DNA of 50,146 nucleotides from Actinomycetota bacterium (GCA_036260395.1 DASZZY010000011.1:1-50146); one strand, 5' to 3'; positions 18,943-29,377 are shown, numbered from the stretch's first letter. Notes: generated from the sequence alone by a model not told the origin. Program-made: numbers and translations.

Positions 18943-19081
18943 CCCCCGTCGCGCGTTCGGCGTCCGCCGACATCACCGGGCGGGGGAGGCGGCCTCGGTT
19001 CGCCGGACGCGGCCGAAGGGTAGCGCCTCCCACTGACACGCTCCGCCGCGAGCGGACGGGGGCTATGCTCGGCCGCGAGCC

Positions 19082-20032
19082 ATGCCGGGCCTCCCACCCT
19101 CGGTCGGTCGAGCGGCCGGCGCCGCGCTGGCGGCCGCGGCGCTGTGGGGCGGCATGTACGTGGTGAGCAAGGACACGTTCTCCGAGATCCCGCCGATCTC
19201 CCTGGGGGCCCTCCGCCTGCTGCTGGCCGGTTCGGCGCTGGCGATCGTCCTGCGCGCCCGGGGGAAGCTGGCCCGCCCGCGGGGCGGCGCGATGCCGCTG
19301 GCGGCGATCGCCCTGGCGGCGACGATGGTGACGCAGTTCGTCGGCACCGAGCTGGCCACGGCCTCCGGCGGGGCGCTCCTGACCACGACCACCCCGCTGT
19401 TCCTGGTTCCGCTGGGATGGCTCGCGCTGCGGGAGCGCCCAACCCGCGCGACCGTGGCCGGCATCGGCGCCGGGATGGCGGGTGTCGTCCTCGCGGTCGG
19501 GGGCGGCATCGGCGCCCGGAACCCCTGGGGCCCGGCGCTCCTCCTGCTCTCGGCCGCCGGATGGGCCGGATACACCGTGGTCGCCGCGCCCGTCTCGCGC
19601 CGCGAGGGCCCGCTGGTGGCCGTGACGTGGAGCACGCTCCTGGCGCTTCCGATGGTCTCCGCCCTGGCGCTGACCGAGGCCGACCGGTGGCGAGCCGCCC
19701 CGTTCACCGACCCGGCGACCCTCTTGGCGGTCGCCTACCTGGGGCTGGCCGCCAGCGCCGGAGCGTGGTACCTGTGGAACCGCGGGGTCGCCGGGCTCCC
19801 GGCGGCCGCCGCGGGGGCGTGCTTCTTCGTCCAGCCGCTGGTCGGCGGGGTGCTGGCGTGGGCACTGCTCGGCGAACGGCTCACTCCGGCCTTCGCCCTC
19901 GGCGGCGCCCTCATCCTGGTCGGGGTCGTCCTGGCCATCGGCACCCCCGGGCGGCCGGTCGCTGAGCGACGCACCCTCTCGGCAGCGCCGGCGGCTCGAC
20001 CGGAGGCCTCGATCGGAAGGGAGCGCTCGTGA
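19082..20032 (+). CDS. EamA/DMT-family transporter
   Basis: 316 aa with about 10 transmembrane segments arranged as two EamA-like halves. Confidence 0.8.
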   Translation: MPGLPPSVGRAAGAALAAAALWGGMYVVSKDTFSEIPPISLGALRLLLAGSALAIVLRARGKLARPRGGAMPLAAIALAATMVTQFVGTELATASGGALLTTTTPLFLVPLGWLALRERPTRATVAGIGAGMAGVVLAVGGGIGARNPWGPALLLLSAAGWAGYTVVAAPVSRREGPLVAVTWSTLLALPMVSALALTEADRWRAAPFTDPATLLAVAYLGLAASAGAWYLWNRGVAGLPAAAAGACFFVQPLVGGVLAWALLGERLTPAFALGGALILVGVVLAIGTPGRPVAERRTLSAAPAARPEASIGRERS

Positions 20033-20679
20033 CGTTCGACATCGTTGACCGGCGGATCGAGGGGTACCTGAAGGGCCTCCTGGGCGGGGACCACCCCGTG
20101 GCGGACGAGATGGAGGCCCTGGCCAAGGACCGCGAGTTCCCGATCGTCGGACGGACGGTCGGCGTGACGCTCGAGGTGCTGGCCCGGTCGATCGGTGCCC
20201 GGCGGGTCCTCGAGATGGGCTCCGGGTACGGCTACTCCGCGTACTGGTTCGCCCGCGCCGTCGGCGACGGCGGCGAGGTGCACATGACCGAGGGCGACCC
20301 GCAGAACCAGCGGCACGCCATGGACTTCCTGGGCCGCGCCGGGCTCGTGGAGCGCGTCCACTCGCACGTCGGCAACGCGCTGGACATCATCGACGACCTC
20401 CCCGGGGAGTTCGACGTCGTGTTCTGCGACATCGACAAGGGCGACTACCCGGCGGCGTGGGCCAGGGCCCGCGACCGGATCCGGGTCGGTGGCCTGTACC
20501 TCTGCGACAACGTGCTGTGGGGCGGGCGGGTCGCCGAGGAGGACGTGACCGACGACGTCCGCCCCGGGTGGACCGACGCCGTGAAGGAGCACAACGCCGC
20601 CATCGCGGGCGACGACCGATACCGGGCCACGATCGTGCCGACCCGCGATGGGGTCATGGTCGCCCTGCGCGTCGGCTAA
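20029..20679 (+). CDS. Class I SAM-dependent O-methyltransferase (caffeoyl-CoA OMT-like)
   Basis: 216 aa with SAM motif I VLEMGSGYGYS and FCDIDKGDY. The GTG start forms a GTGA overlap with the upstream stop. Confidence 0.85.
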   Translation: MTFDIVDRRIEGYLKGLLGGDHPVADEMEALAKDREFPIVGRTVGVTLEVLARSIGARRVLEMGSGYGYSAYWFARAVGDGGEVHMTEGDPQNQRHAMDFLGRAGLVERVHSHVGNALDIIDDLPGEFDVVFCDIDKGDYPAAWARARDRIRVGGLYLCDNVLWGGRVAEEDVTDDVRPGWTDAVKEHNAAIAGDDRYRATIVPTRDGVMVALRVG

Positions 20680-21627
20680 CTAGTCCTGAGCGCAGGGCGG
20701 TCGCCCCTCGACGTAGGGCGTGGTGTCGAGGACGCGGACCAGCTCGAGCCGTTCGAGCGGGAACCGGTGACCCTGAAGGACGACCACGCCGGTCGGCACG
20801 CGCCCGACCGCCGCCCACCAGTCGCCCCGTCGCGCGAGGTCGAACGGAAGGGCCTTCCCTTCGACCCGGAGCGTGGTGCGCTCCCACCGCCCGCCCCCTG
20901 CGGAAGGGTCGGATGCTGCGCCACGGTCACCCTCCAGCTCATCGGCCGCGATCCCGCGGACCAGCGCCAGCGCGTCGTCCGGGAGCGCGTTCCAGGTCTC
21001 GACCGCCAGCGTCCCCCGCTGGCCTTCCGACCCGTGCACCAGCGTGATCCGGTTCACCCGACCCATGGTCGCCCCCCATCCCCCGGCCGAACGCGGTCCT
21101 TCCCAGGACGGCGGCAGGCCGTACAGCGGGAACGGCGGCCGCTGGAACGTCCGGCGGAGGTCGGCCTCCCGCCGCCAGCCGCGCCGGGGGGAGAGGGCCT
21201 CGAGGAGATGGACGCCGATGCCGCCTGGACCCCTCCACGTCCAGCGCCACAAGGCTGGCACCGAGAACGCCAGCCAGGTGGCCGTGACAGCCACGGGCGG
21301 AAAGGCCCACCAGGGCCAGCCGACGGTCGCATCGAGCACGACACCGGCGACGACGCCGAGCGACGCGGCGGCGATGTGAACCCACGGCGCCAGCTTGATC
21401 GGCCAGGCGAAGCGGAGGTGGCGGATGACTCCGGGCCTGCCGCGGACGGTTACGAGCGGCGTGCCCACCGCTTCGCCGCAGCGGCGGCAGCGCATCTCTC
21501 GCCGCGGCGCCCGCCACCCCGTCCGGAACCATTCCGCGAGCCGGTCGGTGGTCGCGCGCTCGTGGACCTCCCAGTCGTCGGCGCCACAGTTGGGACAGGA
21601 GCGCCGCTCGGCGGAACGGCCGTCCAC
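20680..21627 (-). CDS. Hypothetical zinc-ribbon / 2-TM / C-terminal domain protein
   Basis: 315 aa. The N-terminus has CPNCG...x35...CRRCG. Two Trp-rich hydrophobic helices follow, then a domain of about 150 aa that I do not recognise. GC3 is high. The ORF starts 31 nt downstream of the leuS stop. Confidence 0.6.
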   Translation of the reverse strand: MDGRSAERRSCPNCGADDWEVHERATTDRLAEWFRTGWRAPRREMRCRRCGEAVGTPLVTVRGRPGVIRHLRFAWPIKLAPWVHIAAASLGVVAGVVLDATVGWPWWAFPPVAVTATWLAFSVPALWRWTWRGPGGIGVHLLEALSPRRGWRREADLRRTFQRPPFPLYGLPPSWEGPRSAGGWGATMGRVNRITLVHGSEGQRGTLAVETWNALPDDALALVRGIAADELEGDRGAASDPSAGGGRWERTTLRVEGKALPFDLARRGDWWAAVGRVPTGVVVLQGHRFPLERLELVRVLDTTPYVEGRPPCAQD

Positions 21628-21658
21628 GTGATGGAGCGTACTCCGGGCGGTGGAGGCC

Positions 21659-24091
21659 TCAGCCCCGGGTGACGAGGTTCACCAGGCGCGGCGGCCGGAC
21701 GATCACCCGGGCCACCTCGCGGTCGCCGATGGCCCGGCGGGCCCGCTCGGAGTCCCGGGCCAGCCGCTCGGCCTCCTCCTGCGTCACGTCGGGGCTGACC
21801 TCGATCGTGTCCCGTACCTTCCCGTCCACCTGGACGACGAGCGTGGCGGCCTCCTGGCGCGCCAGCTCCTCGTCGAAGGCCGGCCACCCCAGGCGGTGGA
21901 CGCTGCCGTCCCCGCCGAGGACCTCGCGCCACAGCTCCTCGGCGACGAACGGAGTCATCGGCGCGGCCATGAGCACGAGCGCGGTGACCGCCTCGCGGGC
22001 CGGCTCCCCGCGGTCGAGCGCCGCCCGGATCTCGTTGGTGAGCTCCATCAGCCGGGCCACGGCCACGTTGAACCGGAACCCCTCGTAGAGCGCCGTCACC
22101 TGCTCGATCGTCCGGTGGGTCGTCCGGCGCAGGGCCTCGGGGTCCGCGCCGTCGCGGGCCGCGGCGTCGTGGGCCGCCCGCCAGACGCGCCCGAGCCAGT
22201 CGTGGACCCCCTCCGGGGACACCGTGGCCCAATCGATGTCGTCCTCGGGCTTGTTGGCGAACATCATCGTGGCCCGGATCGTGTCGGCCCCCCACCGGTC
22301 GACGAGCGGCATGGGCTCCACGAGGTTCCCCTTCGACTTGCTCATCTTGGCCCCGCGCATGATCACCATGCCCTGGTTGAGCAGGTTGGTGAACGGCTCG
22401 CGGAACGGGACCAGCCCCAGGTCGTGCAGGGCCTTGGTGAAGAACCGGGCGTACATGAGGTGCAGGATGGCGTGCTCGATCCCGCCGGTGTACTGGTCGG
22501 CGGGCATCCACCGGGCCACCTCCGCGGTCTCGAACGGCCCGTCCTCCTTCCGCGGCGAGCAGTACCGCAGGAAGTACCAGGACGAGTCGACGAACGTGTC
22601 CATCGTGTCGGTGTCGCGGCGCGCCGGCCCCGAGCATCGGGGGCAGGCCACGTTCACGAACCCGTCATGCTTGGCCAGCGGGCTCTCGCCGGTCGGGGAG
22701 AAGTCGACGTCGTCCGGGAGCTCCACGGGGAGCCGGTCGTCCGGCACCGGCACCTCACCGCACCGCTCGCAGTGGACGATCGGGATCGGCGCCCCCCAGT
22801 ACCGCTGCCGGGAGATCAGCCAGTCGCGGAGGCGGTAGGAGACCGCGGGCCGGCCCTTGCCCTCCGACGCCAGCCACTCGGTCACCCGGGGGATCCCCCC
22901 GGGCGACGGCGTGCCGTCGAAGGGCCCGGACGCGACCATCACGCCCTCGTGGTCGTACGCCTCGGTCATCGTCTCCGCGTCGCGCTCCTCGCCGTCGGGC
23001 TGGATCACCACGCGGACCGGGAGCCCGTGCTGGCGGGCGAACTCGAAGTCGCGCTGGTCGTGGCCGGGGACGCCCATCACGGCGCCGGTCCCGTACTCCA
23101 TCAGCACGTAGGGCGCCACGAAGCACGGCACCTTCTCGCCGTTCACCGGGTTGATCGCGTGGACGCCGAGCGGGATGCCCTCGCGGCTCTGGGCCTGCTC
23201 GCGGCTGGTCAGCGGGGTGGCCTGGAGCCGGTCCAGCAGGTCGCGTACCTCGGCCGGGACCCCGCCGATGTCCGCCAGCGCGGGCACGCTGGGGTGCTCG
23301 GGAGCGAACACGAAGAACGTCACGCCCCACAGCGTGTCGGGCCGCGTCGTGAAGACCGTGATCCGCTCGCCGGTCTCGGCGATCTCGAACTCGACCTCGG
23401 CGCCCTCGGAGCGGCCGATCCAGTTGCGCTGCATCGTCAGGACCCGCTCCGACCACCCCTCGAGCTCCTCCATGTCGTCGAGCAGCGCCTGCGCGTACTC
23501 GGTGATCCGGAAGAACCACTGGGTGAGGTCCTTGCGCACCACCGGCGTCCCGCACCGCTCGCACGCGCCGGCCACGACCTGCTCGTTGGCCAGCACCGTC
23601 TGGTCCTTGGGGCACCAGTTCGCCGGTGCCAGCTTCCGGTAGGCCAGGCCGCGCTCGTAGAGCCGGAGGAACAGCCACTGCGTCCACCGGTAGTACTCCG
23701 GATCGCAGGTGTTGAACTGCCGTGACCAGTCGAACGACACGCCGTACCGCTTGAACGAGGCCCGCTGGAGGTCGATGTTCCGGTACGTCCACTCCTTCGG
23801 GTGGGTTCCCCGCTTGATGGCGGCGTTCTCCGCCGGCAGCCCGAAGGCGTCCCAGCCGATCGGGTGCAGCACGTTGTGCCCGCGCATCCACGCGAAGCGG
23901 GCGATGGCGTCGCCGAACGCGAACACCTCGGCGTGGCCCATGTGCAGGTCGCCCGAGGGGTACGGGAACATGTCAAGCGCGTAGAACTTCGGGCGCGGGT
24001 CGTCGGGGCCGCCGGCCTCGTAGAGCCGCTCGCGCTCCCAGGCCTCGACCCAGCGCGGCTCGATCTGCTGTGGGTCGTAGGGACGTGTCAT
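21659..24091 (-). CDS. leuS: Leucine--tRNA ligase
   Basis: The start is set at ATG 24091 ([14 protein letters not shown]...). It has the HIGH-type motif ([11 protein letters not shown]) and the KMSKS motif ([10 protein letters not shown]). The upstream 127 codons of ORF 21659..24472 are non-homologous. Confidence 0.96.
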   Translation of the reverse strand: MTRPYDPQQIEPRWVEAWERERLYEAGGPDDPRPKFYALDMFPYPSGDLHMGHAEVFAFGDAIARFAWMRGHNVLHPIGWDAFGLPAENAAIKRGTHPKEWTYRNIDLQRASFKRYGVSFDWSRQFNTCDPEYYRWTQWLFLRLYERGLAYRKLAPANWCPKDQTVLANEQVVAGACERCGTPVVRKDLTQWFFRITEYAQALLDDMEELEGWSERVLTMQRNWIGRSEGAEVEFEIAETGERITVFTTRPDTLWGVTFFVFAPEHPSVPALADIGGVPAEVRDLLDRLQATPLTSREQAQSREGIPLGVHAINPVNGEKVPCFVAPYVLMEYGTGAVMGVPGHDQRDFEFARQHGLPVRVVIQPDGEERDAETMTEAYDHEGVMVASGPFDGTPSPGGIPRVTEWLASEGKGRPAVSYRLRDWLISRQRYWGAPIPIVHCERCGEVPVPDDRLPVELPDDVDFSPTGESPLAKHDGFVNVACPRCSGPARRDTDTMDTFVDSSWYFLRYCSPRKEDGPFETAEVARWMPADQYTGGIEHAILHLMYARFFTKALHDLGLVPFREPFTNLLNQGMVIMRGAKMSKSKGNLVEPMPLVDRWGADTIRATMMFANKPEDDIDWATVSPEGVHDWLGRVWRAAHDAAARDGADPEALRRTTHRTIEQVTALYEGFRFNVAVARLMELTNEIRAALDRGEPAREAVTALVLMAAPMTPFVAEELWREVLGGDGSVHRLGWPAFDEELARQEAATLVVQVDGKVRDTIEVSPDVTQEEAERLARDSERARRAIGDREVARVIVRPPRLVNLVTRG

Positions 24092-24203
24092 CGGTGTTCG
24101 GGCAGGGTACCAGGGACGATGCGGCCCGTGAGCGGCATGATTGCCGCCGGTGCCGGCCGCCCGATATCGTACGGGGGTTCCCGGCGCCGGACCGAAGGAC
24201 CAC

Positions 24204-25406
24204 ATGGGGAAGGACTCCGAGGGCCAGCTCGAACGTCTCGCCGCGCCCGGCAACGGCTCCCAGGCCGACGCCGAGGCGCGCGATCCGTCGACCGCTCCCG
24301 TGGCGCCGGGCCCGGGGATCCACGTCGAGGAGCGGCGAGGGCCCTGGGGCGTGGCCACCCGGGTGCTGGCGTTCGCCGCGGCGCTGTTCCTGTTCGTCCT
24401 GTCGATCCAGCTGATGAAGCGCGGGGCGGCGGCCATCGCCCCCCGGATCCAGGCGTCGGGGTTCTTCGACAACGGCGTCTCGACGCTGGGGGTGGGCTGG
24501 CTGGCGGCCTACCTGGTCCTGTCCGGCTCACCCGTGGCCGTGATGGGGCTCTCGCTGCGGGCCGCGGACGGGATCACCGAGCTCCAGACGTTCACGATGA
24601 TCTCGGGGTCGCGCCTGGGGGCCTCCTTCATCGTGCTGCTGGTCGGCTTCCTCTACGCGATCCGGGACAAGAACCGCCGGGAGGCGCTGGGGATGGGCGT
24701 CCTGGCGCTGTCGATCTCGACGTTGATCTATCTCCCGGCGATGCTCCTGGGCTACGGGATCCTCAAAGCCGGGTTCCTGGGCGGGGTGTCGCTCACGGCA
24801 TCGGCGGAGGTCCAGGGGCTCATCGACGCCGGCTGGGGCTGGCTGGTCAACCTGGCCACGACCTCCCTCCCCAACCCGCTGCTGTTCCCGGCCGGGCTGG
24901 GGGTGATCCTGGTCTCGTTCAAGCTGCTCGACCAGGTCCTCCCGGCGATCGACGGCGAAAAGCACGCCGACAGCAAGGGGCACTGGCTGAAGAAGCCGTG
25001 GCCCATGTTCTTCCTGGGGTGCCTGGCCGCCCTGCTCACGCTGTCGGTCTCGGTGGCCATCACCGTGCTCGTCCCCCTCGCCGCTCGCGGCTACGTGGAT
25101 CGGAAGGAGGCGATCCCGTACATCGCCGGCGCCAACATCACCACGCTGGCGGACACGCTGCTGGCCGCCATGCTGCTGCCGGACGGGGACAGCAGCGTGG
25201 AGGTCGTCCTGGCCCTGCTGATCGCCGTGACGGTGGTGACCGTGCTGCTGCTCGCCGTGGCCTACCGGCCGCTCCAGCGCGGCATCATGGCCCTCGACGA
25301 ATGGGTGGTCGGCACCAGCCTGCGCCTGTGGCTGTTCATCACCGTGCTGTTCCTGGTGCCGGTGGCCCTCCTGGTGATCGGCGGGGTGATCGGGCCGGTC
25401 GGCTGA
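24204..25406 (+). CDS. Na/Pi-cotransporter-family-like membrane protein
   Basis: It is polytopic with two repeat halves containing SGSPVAV and [10 protein letters not shown], which resemble the QSSS/GANIGTT motifs of PF02690 as I recall them. The start is set at ATG 24204. Confidence 0.5.
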   Translation: MGKDSEGQLERLAAPGNGSQADAEARDPSTAPVAPGPGIHVEERRGPWGVATRVLAFAAALFLFVLSIQLMKRGAAAIAPRIQASGFFDNGVSTLGVGWLAAYLVLSGSPVAVMGLSLRAADGITELQTFTMISGSRLGASFIVLLVGFLYAIRDKNRREALGMGVLALSISTLIYLPAMLLGYGILKAGFLGGVSLTASAEVQGLIDAGWGWLVNLATTSLPNPLLFPAGLGVILVSFKLLDQVLPAIDGEKHADSKGHWLKKPWPMFFLGCLAALLTLSVSVAITVLVPLAARGYVDRKEAIPYIAGANITTLADTLLAAMLLPDGDSSVEVVLALLIAVTVVTVLLLAVAYRPLQRGIMALDEWVVGTSLRLWLFITVLFLVPVALLVIGGVIGPVG

Positions 25407-25413
25407 CCGGGCC

Positions 25414-26382
25414 CTAGGCGCTCCGCCCGTAGACGTGCTCCGCCTCGCCGCGCTGGCGGGCGGCGTCGCCGAGCCACACCACGACCCGGCACCCCGGGTC
25501 GCCCACCGCGATGCGCTCCTCGAGGCGCACCGCGCTGGCCCCGCGGTTCCGGGCCGCGATGCCGCCGAACACGCTCGAGGTCATGCGGCACAGCGCCGGC
25601 GAGCGCTTCACGGCCTCGCCGAACGGACACCGGCGGTTCCCCAGCACGATCCGGTCGTCGCTCGCCTCGATCACGTAGAAGTCGCCCTCGATGGCGCGCT
25701 TCAGGCGGACGTACAGCTCCCCCATCTGCTCCGGGGTCAGCCGCCCGGTGATGCCCTCGACCTCGCGGAACCGGTCCTCCATCCGGCTGCCGACGTCCAC
25801 GCCGACCTGGGCCACGACGGCCTCGGCGGCCTGCGGGCCCTGCTCGCGTTCGACGGTCTGGGCCAGCTGCACGACCAGGGCGCGGAGGAACGACTCCCGC
25901 CCGAAGGTGCCATCGGGACGCGCCTCCTCGGGATCGGGGAGCGCGCCGGAGGCGCGGCGCGGCGGGTCGTGGCTGACCTCCCGCCGCCGGGTGACGGGCA
26001 ACACCGCCGAGACCTTGGCCCCGCCGGCGCGCTTGCGGGCCACCTCGAGGTGCTCTGTCATGTGGGTGACGATGTAGAGCCCGAGGCCGCCGTGCTCCGA
26101 GGGCTGCGGCAGGCCACGGTCCTCGAGGTGGAAGCCCGGGCCCAGGTCGTGGACGGTGATCACCGGCTCGCGAGCCGACCAGTCCACCGACGTCCAGACC
26201 GGGCCGCCGGCGTGCCGGACGGCGTTCGTCACCAGCTCAGAGAAGACGACCTCCGCGGCGTCCAGATCCGAGCCCGGCTCGGCGTGGCGTCGCAGGTAGT
26301 CGACCATCTCCCGGCGCAGCGCGGGGAGGGCGTCGACGTCGGCGGAATCCATGAACCAGTCCATCGGGTGCTCGACAAACAT
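25414..26382 (-). CDS. RsbW/SpoIIAB-like ATPase (HATPase_c_2) fused to a Cys-containing C-terminal putative sensor/output domain
   Basis: The N-terminal half has ELVTNAVRHA, HDLGPGF and GGLGLYIV. The C-terminal ~170 aa has GNRRCPFGEAV..ALCRMTSSVFGGIA...GCRVVV. The start is set at ATG 26382. Confidence 0.7.
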   Translation of the reverse strand: MFVEHPMDWFMDSADVDALPALRREMVDYLRRHAEPGSDLDAAEVVFSELVTNAVRHAGGPVWTSVDWSAREPVITVHDLGPGFHLEDRGLPQPSEHGGLGLYIVTHMTEHLEVARKRAGGAKVSAVLPVTRRREVSHDPPRRASGALPDPEEARPDGTFGRESFLRALVVQLAQTVEREQGPQAAEAVVAQVGVDVGSRMEDRFREVEGITGRLTPEQMGELYVRLKRAIEGDFYVIEASDDRIVLGNRRCPFGEAVKRSPALCRMTSSVFGGIAARNRGASAVRLEERIAVGDPGCRVVVWLGDAARQRGEAEHVYGRSA

Positions 26383-26511
26383 AACGCCAAAACGCACCGG
26401 GCATCCACGTCGGGGGAAAGGTCCTGCGCCCCCCGGGCCGTCGTTTGCGGGCCGCCGAAGCAGGGAACGTCTCCGCCGCAACCGGCCCGGACGACCTCGG
26501 AAGGAGGACGT

Positions 26512-26718
26512 ATGATCGACATCAGCTCGATCACGCTGCACTTCGACTCCATGCAGCTCGACAGGGTCGACCTCGAGGCGAGGATCGAGGGCTATCAGCT
26601 CCAGGGCACGGGCGTCCCCGAGGGCGCCACGGAGCAGTACACCAAGGCCGCCGAGCGTCTCCTCAACATCACGGCCAGGGAGCTGAAGAAGAAGATCCGC
26701 GAGGGGCTGAAGGGCTAA
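26512..26718 (+). CDS. Small hypothetical protein (68 aa)
   Basis: AAGGAGG lies 4 nt upstream of the ATG. Codon usage is strongly GC3-biased. The sequence is MIDISSITLHFDSMQLDRVDLEARIEGYQLQGTGVPEGATEQYTKAAERLLNITARELKKKIREGLKG. Confidence 0.6.
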   Translation: MIDISSITLHFDSMQLDRVDLEARIEGYQLQGTGVPEGATEQYTKAAERLLNITARELKKKIREGLKG

Positions 26719-26785
26719 CCGGGACCGGCTTCACCTTCCCGGCGCCGCTGGCGCCCCGTGACCTCCGCGTCCGGGACCCCGATGC

Positions 26786-27532
26786 TCAGACCGTCCGCAC
26801 GGCGACGGTGAACCCGAACGCGGCGGCGTCCTGGAGGAGCCCCTCGAGCGAGACGCCACCCGCCCCCGAGCACGTGGTCCCCACGCACAGGACCGTCACG
26901 ATCCCGAGCGCCTTGTTTCCGTCGGTGATGTCGCCCGCGGGCCCGCCGGAGTCGCCGAACGTCACCGGCCCCAGCGCGCTCCACTCCGTCCCGTCGTTGA
27001 AGTGCAGGACGCCCACGCGCTCCTCCTGGGTCAGCGTCGTGGCGTGGAACCCGACCCCGTTCCCGGAGAACTGGATGATGTCACCGAGGTTCGCGGTCTC
27101 CGTCGTGGAGACGCCGGTCGGGATCTCGGGATGGCCCTTCATGGCGGGGCTCACGAACCCGAGGTTCTCCTCGCGGACCCGGATCAGCGAGTAGTCCAGG
27201 TTCGGCGAGATGAACGCCACCTCGCCGATCACCAGGACCGGCTGGCCGAAGGTCCCGGTCTGGAGGGTGATCGACTCGCCCACGCGGTCCACGCAATGGG
27301 CGGCGGTTCCCACGAATACCTCGCCGGCGTGCGCGCCGGTCCCGTCGTAGACCCAATTCAGCGTGCACTGGCCACCGCTCTCGTTGACGATCGAGGCGCC
27401 CGGCTGGATCGTCGCGGTCTGGGCCACAACGGGCGCGGGGATCAGCGCCAGCGTGCCGATCACGGCGACGGCCGCCAGAACCCCGGCGCGCCGCGAGCGG
27501 CCGGCGAGTCGGTCGAGGATCGCGCGCATCAC
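26786..27532 (-). CDS. Secreted S1-family (chymotrypsin/alpha-lytic-like) serine protease
   Basis: 248 aa with a signal peptide ending VVAQTA. The catalytic triad contexts are TAAHC, DYSLIRV and GDSGGP. Confidence 0.85.
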   Translation of the reverse strand: MMRAILDRLAGRSRRAGVLAAVAVIGTLALIPAPVVAQTATIQPGASIVNESGGQCTLNWVYDGTGAHAGEVFVGTAAHCVDRVGESITLQTGTFGQPVLVIGEVAFISPNLDYSLIRVREENLGFVSPAMKGHPEIPTGVSTTETANLGDIIQFSGNGVGFHATTLTQEERVGVLHFNDGTEWSALGPVTFGDSGGPAGDITDGNKALGIVTVLCVGTTCSGAGGVSLEGLLQDAAAFGFTVAVRTV

Positions 27533-27661
27533 GGTTCTCCTTCCGGAGGCAGGGGATCACCGCGATTCTACGGCACACCGGCGGATCCCGTTCATCGGAG
27601 CAAGCCCGAGGAGCCGGGCGTTGTGCCCGCCCGCGAGGAGGTCGGCGATACGCGTCGGAGG

Positions 27662-27859
27662 CTAGCGTCCGGCCTGCCGCGGTCCCGACCCGTACGGCGT
27701 GAGCCGGACGCCGTTCTGCTGCAACCACCGCGACTCGCACGGCTGACAGATCTGGAACGTCATCTCGCCGCGCTCCTTCTCGATCGAGATCTCGAGCAGC
27801 GGCCGATGACACCGCTCGCACCTCCCCGGCCGTGGCCGCCGAAGCTTCATGGGGCTCAT
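27662..27859 (-). CDS. Possible small zinc-ribbon protein (about 65 aa)
   Basis: This is the C-terminal part of ORF 27662..28069: MSPMKLRRPRPGRCERCHRPLLEISIEKERGEMTFQICQPCESRW..., giving CxxC-x20-CxxC. I see no clear RBS. Confidence 0.3.
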   Translation of the reverse strand: MSPMKLRRPRPGRCERCHRPLLEISIEKERGEMTFQICQPCESRWLQQNGVRLTPYGSGPRQAGR

Positions 27860-28043
27860 CGTCGGCCACCGCGCACGCGCCATCCATAGCGCGCCGTGGG
27901 CATTCATGACCCGCCCGCCCGCTGGCTGCCATGTAGGCCGCATGGCGGTCCCCCGTCCCCCGAATGGCCGGCGAAGCGGTGGCCGACGTTCCATCCCGGC
28001 GGGGATGCGCACGTCGGCGCGCGAGGAGTCGCGGCGAGCCGCC

Positions 28044-29219
28044 TCAGCCAGGGATCCCCTGGGCGGCACCCCGGGCGCCGTTCGCCCGGTACGGACGAAG
28101 GAGGCGGTTCACGAGGGCCAGCGCCTGGGCCACAACCTGATCCATGTTGTAGTACTTGTAGGTCGCCAGGCGGCCCACGAAATGGACGCCCGGGGTGGCG
28201 TCGGCCAGCGTGCGGTACCGGCGGTAACGCCGAGCGTTCTGCGCCTGGGGTACCGGGTAGTACGGCTCGCCGTCCCCGCGCGGGTACTCGTAGACGATCG
28301 TCGTCTTCGGATGTCGCTGTCCCGTGAGGTACTTGAACTCCGTGACGCGCGTGTACGCGTGCTCGTTCGGATGATTGATGACCGCCGCCGGCTGGAAGAC
28401 CGGCCGGTCGAGCGTCTGGAACCGGAAGTCCAGCGACCGATAGGGCAGCTCGCCGAAGCGGCGACCGAAGAACTCGTCGACGGGACCGGTGTAGATGACC
28501 TCCCGGTGCGGCACGACCCGGGCCGCTTCCCGGTAGTCCGTGTTGAGCAGGACCGTGATGTTGGGATGGTCCAGGAGGCGCATGAACATCCGGGTGTACC
28601 CGTGCAGCGGCATGGCCTGGTAGGTGTCGGTGAAGAAGCGGGGGTCGCGATCCGTCCGCACCGGCACACGCGCGGCCACCGTGGCATCGAGCTCCGACGG
28701 GTCGAGGCCCCACTGCTTTCTGGTGTAGCCCCGGAAGAACTTCTCGTAGAGCTCGCGTCCGACCCTGCTGACGACGACGTCCTCGGAGGTCCGGATCCGC
28801 GTCACCTTCTCGGCGCGCGAGGCCAGGAACCGCTGCACCTCCGGAGGCTCCAGGTGCAGCCCGTAGAGCGCGTTGATCGTGTCCAGGTTGATCGGGAGCG
28901 GGACCAGCTTGCCGTCCACGCTGGTCAGGACGCGGTGCTCGTACGGCCGCCACTCGGTGAACCGCGAGAGGTACCGGAAGACCTCGGCCGAGTTCGTGTG
29001 GAAGATGTGGGGGCCGTAGCGATGGACCAGCAGGCCGGCGTCGTCGTAGGTGTCGTGGGCGTTGCCTCCGACGTGGCTCCTGCGCTCCACAACGACGACG
29101 CGCTTCCCGCCCTGGCTGGCCAGCCGCTCCGCCACGACGCTGCCGGCGAACCCCGCCCCCACCACCAGGTAGTCGAAGGCGGTCCCGGCGCCCGTGATCC
29201 GCTCCTGGAGATCCCGCAT
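28044..29219 (-). CDS. glf: UDP-galactopyranose mutase
   Basis: ATG 29219 (MRDLQERI...). The FAD motif is DYLVVGAGFAGS. Other blocks are HRYGPHIFHT and YEYPR...PYYPV. Confidence 0.9.
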   Translation of the reverse strand: MRDLQERITGAGTAFDYLVVGAGFAGSVVAERLASQGGKRVVVVERRSHVGGNAHDTYDDAGLLVHRYGPHIFHTNSAEVFRYLSRFTEWRPYEHRVLTSVDGKLVPLPINLDTINALYGLHLEPPEVQRFLASRAEKVTRIRTSEDVVVSRVGRELYEKFFRGYTRKQWGLDPSELDATVAARVPVRTDRDPRFFTDTYQAMPLHGYTRMFMRLLDHPNITVLLNTDYREAARVVPHREVIYTGPVDEFFGRRFGELPYRSLDFRFQTLDRPVFQPAAVINHPNEHAYTRVTEFKYLTGQRHPKTTIVYEYPRGDGEPYYPVPQAQNARRYRRYRTLADATPGVHFVGRLATYKYYNMDQVVAQALALVNRLLRPYRANGARGAAQGIPG

Positions 29220-29377
29220 CACGCATTGGCGGCCGCGGCGGGCCATCCGGTCGTCGACCACCCCTGCCGACGGCACGCCACGCGATGCACCGACGGCGCG
29301 TCGAGTGTAGTCACAGGCCGCTCGGCCGCCGGCCACGTGGGCGCACGGTCGGAGCATAGAATCCGTCGACATGGAGG

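Noticed and set aside
24141-24203. A longer start (24141) for the Na/Pi-like membrane protein.
   Set aside because: The extra 21 residues are Pro/Gly/Arg-rich and would begin only 50 nt from the divergent leuS start. ATG 24204 is preferred, but this is not proven.
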